Shown: positions 29,098 through 39,998 of the stretch, piece by piece
Numbering within the stretch: position 1 is the first letter of the stretch
Layout of the letters: every line of letters starts with the position of its first letter
Origin: Polyangiales bacterium
Lineage (GTDB): Bacteria > Myxococcota_A > Polyangia > Polyangiales > Polyangiaceae
Reading direction: 5' to 3'
DNA: 64,000 nucleotides
Assembly (NCBI GenBank): GCA_038231275.1
Contig: JBBRLQ010000010.1
Coordinates: forward strand, 64,001-128,000
Notes under the pieces: generated by a model
The model's input: only the letters and a program-made list of their open reading frames with translations
What the model was told of the DNA's origin: nothing
Databases searched by the model: none
Program-made: the position numbers and the translations under genes

Positions 29098-30408
29098 TCA
29101 GAGCGTGGCCAGGTAGGCCAGTAAGTCCGCGCGGGTAGCGTCGTCGAGCGAGAGCCCGAACGGGTGGCCGACGACCGCGCCGGGGCCGTGGCGACCACCG
29201 GTGAACTCGGGGCGGATGCGCGCGGGATCGAACAGGACGGCGAGACTCGGGAGCGACGCGTCGTGAAGGAGCGCGGCGCGGCTGCCGACTCCATGCAGCG
29301 ACGGGACGCGGTAGGTGCCGGTACCCCGCTCCGACGAGAGGCCGATCGCCGGATCGGTCCCGACGACGTCGAGCGGCACCGGCGGACCCGTCAGCGCGGG
29401 CGGCACGTGGCAGCGCGCGCAGGTATTCGAGAACACCTCCGCGCCGCGCGCCTCCTGGGCCGAGAGCGAGCGCGGCGCAGGAAGCGCGTCCGCCAGCGAC
29501 CAAATGAACGCCGCGAGACCCAGCGCCACCGCGCGAGGCGGACGCACCGAAGCGGCGTGTGACGTGATGATGAGCGTCTCGATCCGCACGGCGAGCGTCG
29601 CGCGATCGTGCTGCGCCACCGACGCGTCCGCCTGTAGGTGCGTGAGCCATCGCACCGGCCGCAAATCGGCCATTTTCACCGGCTCGCGGCCGTCGTTCGT
29701 CGTCACGTCGTTGCGGCCAGGACCCCACGAGAGGAAGCGCTCTGCCCCCGCCGGCGCTGGGCCCGATCGCGACGCGAAGTCGAACGCGAGCTGTCCGAGG
29801 TTCAGCTTTTCGTTCGTGAGACCCACGACGAGGCCGCTGTCCCGCGACGTCGCGTGGCAGGTCGCGCACGAGTACGCCAGCAGGCGCTCGCCGCCCGCCA
29901 TCTCCGCGCGAACGATCCCTCCGGCGCCGTGCACGTCGTCGGTCCAAAACCCGTAGCGCGCGAACGAGGCGCGTGACGCGGCGGCGACTTCGGCCGCGGG
30001 CGCGAGCTGGAGCGGATACCGGAAGAACGCCTCCGCCCCCAGCGCCACCAGCGCGCGCTCGTCGCCGGCGAGCGCTTCGTCCGAGATCGCGAGCGCGTGC
30101 GCGCCTTGCGTGAACGGCGCGCTCCCGCGTACGCCGCCCTCGTCGTCGAGCTCGCGTGACGGGACGACGTCGACGCGCGGGTTCCACTCGGCCAAACGAG
30201 CCCAATCGTGCGCTTCGCCCGTCTCGTACGACGCGAGCCGCAGCCGGGAGTAGCCGTTTTCAGGGTTCACCAACGAGGCCACGAGCGTCGCGCGACGGTA
30301 GGCCGTGTCCGTGAGGTACGGCTCGCGCGGCGCCGAAGGAGCGGCCTCATGGCCCCCGCACGCCGGCGCGAACGCGGCGAGGCCCAGGGAAATCGCGAGC
30401 CACTTCAT
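29098..30408 (-). CDS. Di-heme c-type cytochrome lipoprotein (peroxidase/RoxA-like fold)
   Basis: CATCH and CARCH heme motifs; VGTDP, YRVPSL, LLHDAS, GHPFG, LLAYLATL; lipobox APAC. Confidence 0.8.
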   Translation of the reverse strand: MKWLAISLGLAAFAPACGGHEAAPSAPREPYLTDTAYRRATLVASLVNPENGYSRLRLASYETGEAHDWARLAEWNPRVDVVPSRELDDEGGVRGSAPFTQGAHALAISDEALAGDERALVALGAEAFFRYPLQLAPAAEVAAASRASFARYGFWTDDVHGAGGIVRAEMAGGERLLAYSCATCHATSRDSGLVVGLTNEKLNLGQLAFDFASRSGPAPAGAERFLSWGPGRNDVTTNDGREPVKMADLRPVRWLTHLQADASVAQHDRATLAVRIETLIITSHAASVRPPRAVALGLAAFIWSLADALPAPRSLSAQEARGAEVFSNTCARCHVPPALTGPPVPLDVVGTDPAIGLSSERGTGTYRVPSLHGVGSRAALLHDASLPSLAVLFDPARIRPEFTGGRHGPGAVVGHPFGLSLDDATRADLLAYLATL

Positions 30409-30421
30409 CGCATCACCCCGC

Positions 30422-31108
30422 TCAGCCTGCGCACGCCGTGTTCGCGCACGCCCACTTGCCGAGCGCCGGCTGCCACGCGCAGTATCCCGCGCGACCTCCG
30501 TCGGTGCATTGGTCGTCGTTCGTACACGCGTCGTTCGGCGTGTGGCAGTAGTAGCCCTGCACGCCGTCGTAAGGTCCGCACGAGGTGTCGAACGTCGGCG
30601 AGCAATACCCGCCCGCGCCGCAGTCGCCGTCGGTGCGGCAGTTGCCCGGGAGGCACACGCTGCCCGTGCGCATCGGCGTACCGTCGCTGCCGTTCGCGAG
30701 CGTGTCGCCGCACGTGCAGAGCTTGCCCGCGCCGCAGTCGTCGTCGACGAAGCATGCGTCGTACGAGCAGATGTGCGGTCCGCCGCGGTTCGGCGGGAGG
30801 CACCGCCCGTTCTTCCCGCTCGTGCATTGCGAGTCGACCGTGCACCCGCCCGGGAAGCCCGCGTCGGAGGCCCCGCCGTCGGCGTTCAGCCCCGCCGGCC
30901 GCGTCGTCGGGCACGCGATGGCGCCCGGACGATGGCTCGTGGGAGGTGGGAGGTTCGCCGGCGGTGGCCCCGGCGGCGTCGGCGGAACGTAGCCGTCGGG
31001 GAGCGCCCCTGCGTCATTCGTCGCGCTCGTCGTCGTGCCTCCGCAATGGACGACCCCTAGCGCGGCGGCGGCGAGAAGGACGACGAGCATCGGCGTGCGC
31101 GAGATCAT
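30422..31108 (-). CDS. Cys-rich exported lipoprotein
   Basis: Hydrophobic leader ending HC; repeated CxxDxxC units. Confidence 0.7.
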   Translation of the reverse strand: MISRTPMLVVLLAAAALGVVHCGGTTTSATNDAGALPDGYVPPTPPGPPPANLPPPTSHRPGAIACPTTRPAGLNADGGASDAGFPGGCTVDSQCTSGKNGRCLPPNRGGPHICSYDACFVDDDCGAGKLCTCGDTLANGSDGTPMRTGSVCLPGNCRTDGDCGAGGYCSPTFDTSCGPYDGVQGYYCHTPNDACTNDDQCTDGGRAGYCAWQPALGKWACANTACAG

Positions 31109-31254
31109 GACTTCTGTAAAAGCACGTACGGTGCCACACCGGAAAATCGTCGATTTTGTCGACAAATTACGGTGAAAACCGACGATCACGGGTGCGCGCG
31201 TGGCCCACGTTGGCGCATCGGACGGCGTCGCGAGCCGTGCTAGCGTTCCGCGCG

Positions 31255-33330
<2,076 letters not shown>

Positions 33331-33351
33331 CCGGCACGCGTGACGCGCGCG

Positions 33352-33996
33352 TCACTGCACGCTGATCTTGGCGGTCGCCGTGCAGATGATGTCGCCGGAG
33401 CAGTTGCCGCTGAGGAAGCGCTCGCCGTAGCTCCACGAGAGGGGCGGGGCGCCGACGGGGCCCGTGATCGTCTGCGTGCTCTCGAGGTGGCAGCTCGAGA
33501 GATCGAAGGGCATGACGTTGGTGACGTTGACCTGTCCCGTCGCGCTGACGGTCCCGGTGAACGTCTGCGTGCCGAACGTCGCGGTCGCGGCGCCGCCGGC
33601 GCACGGGTAGGTGAGGGTCACGGGGCCCTTCGAGATCTGCGTGTTGATGTCGGTGCAGACGTGGTTCGAGAGCGACACGGTGCCGGCTTGGATCGTCTTG
33701 GTGCACGTGACGGGACCGGCGTCGACGGGCGGTGGCGGAGTCGTCCCTGCGTCGGTGCCGGGAGGCGGCGTCGTCCCGGAGTCGGCGTTGCCCGCCGGTG
33801 TCGCGGGCGCGGAGGCGTCGTCGCCCGGCGGCGGCGTGGTCGCGCTCGTGCCCTGATCGGTGGAGTCGCTGGACGGCGCGTAGTCTTTTCCTGCGCCGTA
33901 CGCGCACGCGGCGAGCCCGAACGCGAGCGCTGCGCCGGCGAGCATGATGCCCGTCGTGAGCCCGTGGTTCGCTCTCTCCTCACGCGCAGACGCCAT
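33352..33996 (-). CDS. Hypothetical lipoprotein
   Basis: Lipobox LAAC; Pro/Thr linker; six-Cys beta-rich C-terminal domain. Confidence 0.65.
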   Translation of the reverse strand: MASAREERANHGLTTGIMLAGAALAFGLAACAYGAGKDYAPSSDSTDQGTSATTPPPGDDASAPATPAGNADSGTTPPPGTDAGTTPPPPVDAGPVTCTKTIQAGTVSLSNHVCTDINTQISKGPVTLTYPCAGGAATATFGTQTFTGTVSATGQVNVTNVMPFDLSSCHLESTQTITGPVGAPPLSWSYGERFLSGNCSGDIICTATAKISVQ

Positions 33997-34182
33997 TTGC
34001 CGATCTCTCCAGAGGCACGAGAATGCACGGCGCGCGCCGCCGGAAATCCGCCCTCGCGCTCACCTCCCTACATCCGAAATATCGGCGAGTTACGGCTGCC
34101 GGGGGCTCGGCCCCGGGGGACGCGCGATCCGACACTGGCGTTTTTTTGAATCCAGGGCGGCGTCGCAGTCGCTCTCATTGGC

Positions 34183-34593
34183 ATGACCCACTCGCTCCAC
34201 TCTTTCTTCTCCGACACGAGCCCCGGCGAGCTCGTCCCGATCCTCGTGCCTCTCGCGTCGTTCGGCGCCATGGTCTTCGTCGTCGCGATCGCGCTCTACT
34301 ATCGGTACCGCCGCGACGCGGGCCGCCTCGAGGTCGCACGCTTCCTCGCGGAGAAGGACAAAGCGATCCCCGAGCGATTGTTCGGGCCCGAGCCCGTCGC
34401 CTCGAAGCCTGCGTCGGACCTGAAGCGCGGCTTCATCCTCGTCGCCGCCGGCGTAGGGCTCTCGATCGCGGCGGAGGTCGCCGGCGTGCGGCAAGCCGTC
34501 GGCTTCGGGTTCATCCCCGGCCTCATCGGCCTCGCGTACATCGCGGTGTGGCGGATCCAGCGCGGCGTCGCCCGCGAACGCGGCGAGGGTTAG
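34183..34593 (+). CDS. Membrane protein (DUF6249-like) upstream of ECF sigma factor
   Basis: TM, charged linker, SDLKRGFILV, GFIPGLIGLAY. Confidence 0.7.
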   Translation: MTHSLHSFFSDTSPGELVPILVPLASFGAMVFVVAIALYYRYRRDAGRLEVARFLAEKDKAIPERLFGPEPVASKPASDLKRGFILVAAGVGLSIAAEVAGVRQAVGFGFIPGLIGLAYIAVWRIQRGVARERGEG

Positions 34594-34602
34594 CCTGAGA
34601 CC

Positions 34603-35145
34603 GTGTCGCCGACCGATGGAGAGCTCCTCGCGCGCGCTCGGGCGGACGATCGCGCGGCCTTCGCCGAGCTGGTCCGCCGCCACCACGGCGCCGTGCGCGC
34701 GCTCTTGCGCCGCCTCACGTGCGGCGACCACGCGCGTGCCGACGATCTCGCGCAGGACACGTTCGTCCGCGCGCACCGCGCCATCGCGTCCTTCGAGGAG
34801 CGGGCGAAGCTCTCGACTTGGTTGTGCCAGATCGCGTACCGCGTGTTTCTCGCGGACATCAAGCGCGCGCGCGCCGCGCGACTCGAGACGGTCGACGAGG
34901 CGGAGCCCGAGGACCGTACGCGCACTTCTGCGGACGCCGCGCTGCTCCGTCACGACGTCGAGCACGCGCTCGCCCGACTCTCGCATGCCGAGCGCGACGC
35001 GATCGCGCTCACCTTCGGGCGCGACATGACCCACGAGGAGGCGGCCCGCATCCTCGACTGCCCGCTCGGCACGTTGAAGACGAACGTGGCGCGCGGGCTC
35101 GAAAAGCTCGAACGCCACATGCGCCCATGGAGCGAGACCGCATGA
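34603..35145 (+). CDS. ECF sigma-70 factor
   Basis: AFAELVRRH, ADDLAQDTF, STWLCQIAY, HEEAARILDCPLGTLKT. Confidence 0.92.
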   Translation: MSPTDGELLARARADDRAAFAELVRRHHGAVRALLRRLTCGDHARADDLAQDTFVRAHRAIASFEERAKLSTWLCQIAYRVFLADIKRARAARLETVDEAEPEDRTRTSADAALLRHDVEHALARLSHAERDAIALTFGRDMTHEEAARILDCPLGTLKTNVARGLEKLERHMRPWSETA

Positions 35146-35435
35146 AGACCCCGACCGAGCCGCCTCCCTGGCTGACCGATCTGCTCCGCGACGACGCGGC
35201 GCTCGACGATGACGGCTTCACCGCGCGGGTGATGGCCGCGCTTCCGCCGAGGCGTGCCCTTCGCGCGCGACCGGCGTGGGCGTACGCGCTGCCGCCGCTC
35301 TTCGCTGCCGCAGGCTGTGCGGCGTGCTGGCTCGTCGCGACCGCCGGTCACGCGCCGAGCCCCGCGATGTGGACGGGGCCGTTCGCGCTTCTCGCCATGG
35401 TCGTGGTCGGAAGCGTCGCCTTCGCCAACGACTGA
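35142..35435 (+). CDS. Putative membrane anti-sigma factor (DUF5056-like)
   Basis: ATG overlaps sigma stop (ATGA); DDDGFTARVMAALP then two hydrophobic segments. Confidence 0.65.
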   Translation: MKTPTEPPPWLTDLLRDDAALDDDGFTARVMAALPPRRALRARPAWAYALPPLFAAAGCAACWLVATAGHAPSPAMWTGPFALLAMVVVGSVAFAND

Positions 35436-35456
35436 CGCGCGACGAAACGAAAGCCG

Positions 35457-35855
35457 TCAGGTCGGCGGAACGACGCGGACCGAAACGACGTAGCGCATGA
35501 CGCTGTCGACCTGCTTCTGATCGAGCGTCGCGCGCGGCCCCATCACTTGGAGGATCTTCGGCCAGCGCGTCTCGTCGATGGCCTGGAGGTTGGGATACCC
35601 GTGGCACGCGTTGCATTTCGCGACGTACAGATCCCGCCCCACGGCGAGGTTCGCTTCCGTCGTGTCCGGCCATCTACGCTGCGCCGACTCGACCTGGGCG
35701 GCGGTGAGCGGCGTCGGCATCGCCTCGGCGTAACACGCCGCGAGCGCCGCGCTAACGCCGACTCCAATGACCGAGCGGCCGAGGCCCACGCCGCAGACAG
35801 TACTCGGGTCGTTCCCCCACTGTCTACGATCCACGGCATCTAGTGGGTCGCTCAC
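35457..35855 (-). CDS. Small monoheme cytochrome c lipoprotein
   Basis: ALAAC lipobox; GRDLYVAKCNACH; distal Met in WPKILQVM; start uncertain. Confidence 0.75.
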   Translation of the reverse strand: MSDPLDAVDRRQWGNDPSTVCGVGLGRSVIGVGVSAALAACYAEAMPTPLTAAQVESAQRRWPDTTEANLAVGRDLYVAKCNACHGYPNLQAIDETRWPKILQVMGPRATLDQKQVDSVMRYVVSVRVVPPT

Positions 35856-35901
35856 GTCGTTTGCCCGCCACGGTCAAACGACTTCGCTCTAAGCTCCGCC
35901 C

Positions 35902-37371
35902 GTGCGACGTGCATCGGCGATTTTCAGCGTCCTCCTTCTAGCGATCGTCGTGCTCTTTGCGCCGCGGGCGTGGGCAGAAGATCCCGCCGTCGCGACTGCC
36001 ATCGTGCGCGTTCACGAACGCGAGGTGTACGTCGTCCGCGTGCCGCGTGCCGGGCAGAGTCCGCAGGATCGGGCGCGACTGGCGGGACAAGCGCTCGAGA
36101 GCGTGCTCGAGGACGCGGGCGAGAGCGAGGTGCGCGTCGAGAATCAGGGCGCGCTCGCCGTCCTCTTCGTCGGCAAGTCCCCGATCTTGACACTCACCGA
36201 GGACGACGCCGCCGCCGCCGGAGACGCGACGCTCCAGGTGCACGCGGCGAGCGTCGCTACACGTGTTACCGAGGGCCTCCGCACCGAGCGAAAGCGCAGC
36301 GCGATCGCGACGACGGTCTTCTCGTTCTCGCTGCTCGTGTTCTCGGCGCTCATCGCCTTCCTCTTGCTCCGACGTGTCGGAGACGTCGGTGGCAAGATGC
36401 GCGCGTGGGTACAGAAGAACCCCGAGCGCATCCCCGCGCTCCACCTCGGCAAGATCGAGGTGGTCTCCCGCCGCGCGATTCGTGGAGTGTTGTCGATCGC
36501 GCTCGTCGTCGGTCATCGCATCGCGCAGATCGCGATCATCTACAGCTGGGTGCTCGTCGCCCTCTCGCTGTTCGAGTCGACGCGCGCGTACACCGAACGG
36601 TTGACCGGCTTCGTCCTGACGCCGCTCTCCGCGCTGCTAGGGCGCGTCGGTTCGGCGCTGCCGCTCCTCGTCGTCACCGGCGTCGCCGCGCTCGCGCTCG
36701 GCGTCGTCGTCCGGTTCACTGGCCTCTTCTTCGGGAGCGTCGCGCGCGGCGAAACGAAGGTGGGCTGGCTTCCGTCCGATCTCGCCGAGCCGACCAGCGT
36801 GCTCGCGCGTGCAGGGCTCGTCGTCACCGGGCTCATCCTCGCGGCGCCGCTGATCACGGGGAGCGACGAGGGAGCTCTCTCTCGCGCGGGCGTCGCGGCG
36901 CTCGTCGCGATCGGCCTCGCGTGTACGCCGGTCCTCGCGAGCGCGGCGGCGGGCGTCCCGCAAGTGTACGGCCGACGCCTCGTGCCAGGCGATCACGTGG
37001 AGATCGGCGGCCGCGAGGGGCGCGTGCGACGCGTGACGCTGCTCGAGGTCGAGCTCGACGATCGCTTCGGCTGCGAGCTGCGCGTCCCGCACCTCCTCTT
37101 GCTCGTAAAAGAGACGCGCGTCCTCGGGAAGGCCAACCTCGTCTCCGCGGAGGTCTCGGTCGACCCCCGCGCGCCGCAGACCATCGCGCACGACGCGCTC
37201 CTCGCGGCGGCGCGCACGATCTCGACGCGCGCGAAGGTGGAGCTCGTGAGCCTCGATCACGCGGCCGCGCGCTACCGCGTCACGTGCGAAGAAGGCGCGG
37301 GCAGCCTGGCCGGTGCGATCGCCGATGGGCTCGCGAAGGAGGGCATCGGCCTCGGGGCGGGTCCGGGATGA
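35902..37371 (+). CDS. MscS family mechanosensitive channel with periplasmic N-domain
   Basis: Signal peptide, several TMs, GDHVEIGGREGRV..VTLL..LRVP MscS beta-domain. Confidence 0.75.
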   Translation: MRRASAIFSVLLLAIVVLFAPRAWAEDPAVATAIVRVHEREVYVVRVPRAGQSPQDRARLAGQALESVLEDAGESEVRVENQGALAVLFVGKSPILTLTEDDAAAAGDATLQVHAASVATRVTEGLRTERKRSAIATTVFSFSLLVFSALIAFLLLRRVGDVGGKMRAWVQKNPERIPALHLGKIEVVSRRAIRGVLSIALVVGHRIAQIAIIYSWVLVALSLFESTRAYTERLTGFVLTPLSALLGRVGSALPLLVVTGVAALALGVVVRFTGLFFGSVARGETKVGWLPSDLAEPTSVLARAGLVVTGLILAAPLITGSDEGALSRAGVAALVAIGLACTPVLASAAAGVPQVYGRRLVPGDHVEIGGREGRVRRVTLLEVELDDRFGCELRVPHLLLLVKETRVLGKANLVSAEVSVDPRAPQTIAHDALLAAARTISTRAKVELVSLDHAAARYRVTCEEGAGSLAGAIADGLAKEGIGLGAGPG

Positions 37372-37384
37372 GGCGCGCCGACGC

Positions 37385-38623
37385 ATGAACGCGCTCCTCC
37401 TCTTGATGGGGCTCCTGGTGCTCGCGTACATCGGGAGCTTCCTCGTCGGCGGCCGCGCGCTACGCGGCATCGGGCTTCCCTCCGGCGCTGAGTACGTCGC
37501 GCTCGGCTTCGTGCTGGGCCCGCACGTCCTCGGGATCGTCGAGCGGTCGATGCTCGAGTCGTTCGAGCCGATCGTGCAGGTCGCGCTGGGGTGGCTCGCG
37601 CTCGTCATCGGCATCGACTACGGCTTCGCGGGCGAGCGCCGCGTCGGCCCCAAGAGCCTCGCGCTCGGCCTCACGAGCGCGCTCGTCACGGGCGGCGCCG
37701 TCGCGGCCGCAGTCATGGCGGTCCTGTCACGCGTCGCCCTCGTCCCGACGACGATGGACGGCTGGCTCCTCGCCGGCGGACTCGGCGCGGCCGGCGCGGA
37801 GACGACGCGTCACGCCGTACGCTGGGTCACCGAGCGCCACCACGCGAAGGGGCCGGTCTCGAATCTCTTGAACGAGATGTCGCACGCCGACGACGTAGTG
37901 CCGCTTCTCGTCCTCGCGGTCCTCTTCGCGGCGACGCAAAAAGAGGCGCACGTCCCCTGGCAGGTTCCTCTCTACGTCTGGGTGTCGACCACGATCGCGC
38001 TCGGCCTCGTCCTCGGCGCGGTAGCGGCGCTCCTCCTCGGCGGCGAGTTTACGCTGCACGCCACGTGGGGCGTCCTCTTCGGAACGTCCATGCTAGCGAT
38101 CGGCACGGCGGCGCGCCTCGATCTGTCGTCGCTCTCCGTGATGTTCTTCATGGGCGTCGCGCTCGCCGCGGTCTCGCCGCACCACTCGCTCTTGCGCGAG
38201 GCCGTCGCGCCGACCGAACGTCCAGTGCTCCTCCCCGCGCTGCTTCTCGCGGGCGCGCGCATCGATCTCAACGTGCTCCGCTCACGCTACGTCGTCATCG
38301 TCATCGTCGCCGCGCTCCTCGCCCGCGTCCTCGGGAAATTCCTGAGCGGCCTCCTCGTCCGCGTCACGCGCTCGGCGCGCGGCGCGAGCCCAGCGGTGGG
38401 CCTCGCGCTCCTGTCGTCGGGCGCGCTGTCGATCGCGATCGGCCTCGCGTTCGCGCTGCGCTTTCCCGGCGTGGTCGGCGACACGGTGCTCCTCGCGAGC
38501 GCGTTGTCCGCCATCTTCGGCGAGTTCGTGGCGCCGGCGACGCTGCGCCGCGTCCTCGAGGGCGTCGGGGAAGTCCGCGCAGCCGCCCCCGAGTCGACGC
38601 CCGCCCTGCCGGAGGTCCCGTGA
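37385..38623 (+). CDS. Cation:proton antiporter family protein (subunit 1)
   Basis: About 12 TMs; GFVLGP, ADDVV, LLLAGA, ARVLGK. Confidence 0.75.
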   Translation: MNALLLLMGLLVLAYIGSFLVGGRALRGIGLPSGAEYVALGFVLGPHVLGIVERSMLESFEPIVQVALGWLALVIGIDYGFAGERRVGPKSLALGLTSALVTGGAVAAAVMAVLSRVALVPTTMDGWLLAGGLGAAGAETTRHAVRWVTERHHAKGPVSNLLNEMSHADDVVPLLVLAVLFAATQKEAHVPWQVPLYVWVSTTIALGLVLGAVAALLLGGEFTLHATWGVLFGTSMLAIGTAARLDLSSLSVMFFMGVALAAVSPHHSLLREAVAPTERPVLLPALLLAGARIDLNVLRSRYVVIVIVAALLARVLGKFLSGLLVRVTRSARGASPAVGLALLSSGALSIAIGLAFALRFPGVVGDTVLLASALSAIFGEFVAPATLRRVLEGVGEVRAAAPESTPALPEVP

Positions 38624-39990
38624 GCAACCCCGCCGTAAAAGCGCCGCCCGCGCGCAAACTCCTCCAAGCGGGCCTCCTCATCGTCATCTCTGGCGTCCTC
38701 TTCGTCGCTACGCGCGTCGTGCCCGAGATGCACGGCGGCTCGGGCACGATCGCCGCGGTCGGCTTCCTCCTCCTCGCCGGTACGCTCCTCAGCGAGCTCG
38801 TCGAGCTGCTCGGCATTCCGCACCTCACGGGCTACCTCCTCGCCGGCATCCTCGCGGGACCGCACGTGCTGCACCTCATCGATCATCGCTCGGTGGAGCG
38901 CCTCTCCAGCGTCAACGCGCTCGCGCTCGCCCTCATCGCGATGGCAGGCGGCGCCGAGCTGAAGATGGAGCTGCTGAAGAAGGGCTTCCGATCGCTGGGG
39001 TGGGCGACGCTCCTTCAAAGCCTGCTCGTGCCGGTGCTCATGACCAGCGTCTTCATGGCCGTGCGCCCGCTCATCCCGTTCGCCAAGCCGCTCACGCTCT
39101 CGGCGCTCGCCGGCGTCGGGCTCCTGTGGGGCATCATGTCGGTCACGCGGAGCCCGTCGGCCACGCTCGGCATTCTGTCGCAGACGCGCGCGCAGGGGCC
39201 GGTCGCGCGCTTCATCCTCACGTTCGTCATGACGAGCGACCTCGTGGTCGTCGTCCTCCTCGCGCTCGGCCTCACGGTCGCGCGGCCGCTTATCGAGCCG
39301 GGCGCTGCTTTCTCCGGCGCCGCATTCCGGCGCCTCGCCCACGAGATCCTCGGCTCGGTGTCGCTCGGCACGACGCTGGGCATCGTCCTCGTCCTCTACG
39401 TGCGGCTCGTCGGGCGGCAGCTCCTCGTCGTCTTCATCGCGCTCGGCTTCGGGTTGACCGAAGTGCTCCGCTACCTGAACTTCGAGCCGCTCCTCACGTT
39501 CATGGTCGCGGGCTTCCTCGTGCAGAACCTGTCGAGCCAGGGCGAGAAGTTCCTCCATGCGATCGAACAGACCGGCGGCGTCGTGTACGTCGTCTTCTTC
39601 GCGACGGCCGGCGCCGACCTCGACGTTCCTCTCCTCAGGCTCCTCTGGCCAGTCGCGCTCATCCTCACCGGGTCGCGCGCGCTCATCTCCTGGGGAGTCT
39701 CGCGGTTGGCCGGGCGCATCGCCAACGATCCACCGACCGTGCTGCGATGGGGTTGGTCGGGGCTCGTGTCGCAAGCGGGGCTTGCGCTTGGCCTCGGGTC
39801 GCTCGTCGCGCGCGAGTTCCCGAGCATCGGGGGCGGCTTCCGTGCGCTCGCCATCGCGACGGTCGCGATCAACGAGCTCGTGGGCCCGGTCCTCTTCAAG
39901 CTGGCGCTCGATCGCGCAGGGGAGACGAGCGAAGAGCCGCGCCTCACGATCCCGAGCCTGCGCCCGCCGCCGCCTCCCGTCGTCGAGTGA
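38620..39990 (+). CDS. Cation:proton antiporter family protein (subunit 2)
   Basis: GTG overlaps upstream stop; IPHLTGYLLAGILAGP, GGAEL, SPSAT, FFATAGA, SQAGLALGL, NELVGP. Confidence 0.85.
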   Translation: MSNPAVKAPPARKLLQAGLLIVISGVLFVATRVVPEMHGGSGTIAAVGFLLLAGTLLSELVELLGIPHLTGYLLAGILAGPHVLHLIDHRSVERLSSVNALALALIAMAGGAELKMELLKKGFRSLGWATLLQSLLVPVLMTSVFMAVRPLIPFAKPLTLSALAGVGLLWGIMSVTRSPSATLGILSQTRAQGPVARFILTFVMTSDLVVVVLLALGLTVARPLIEPGAAFSGAAFRRLAHEILGSVSLGTTLGIVLVLYVRLVGRQLLVVFIALGFGLTEVLRYLNFEPLLTFMVAGFLVQNLSSQGEKFLHAIEQTGGVVYVVFFATAGADLDVPLLRLLWPVALILTGSRALISWGVSRLAGRIANDPPTVLRWGWSGLVSQAGLALGLGSLVAREFPSIGGGFRALAIATVAINELVGPVLFKLALDRAGETSEEPRLTIPSLRPPPPPVVE

Positions 39991-39998
39991 CGCCGCAC

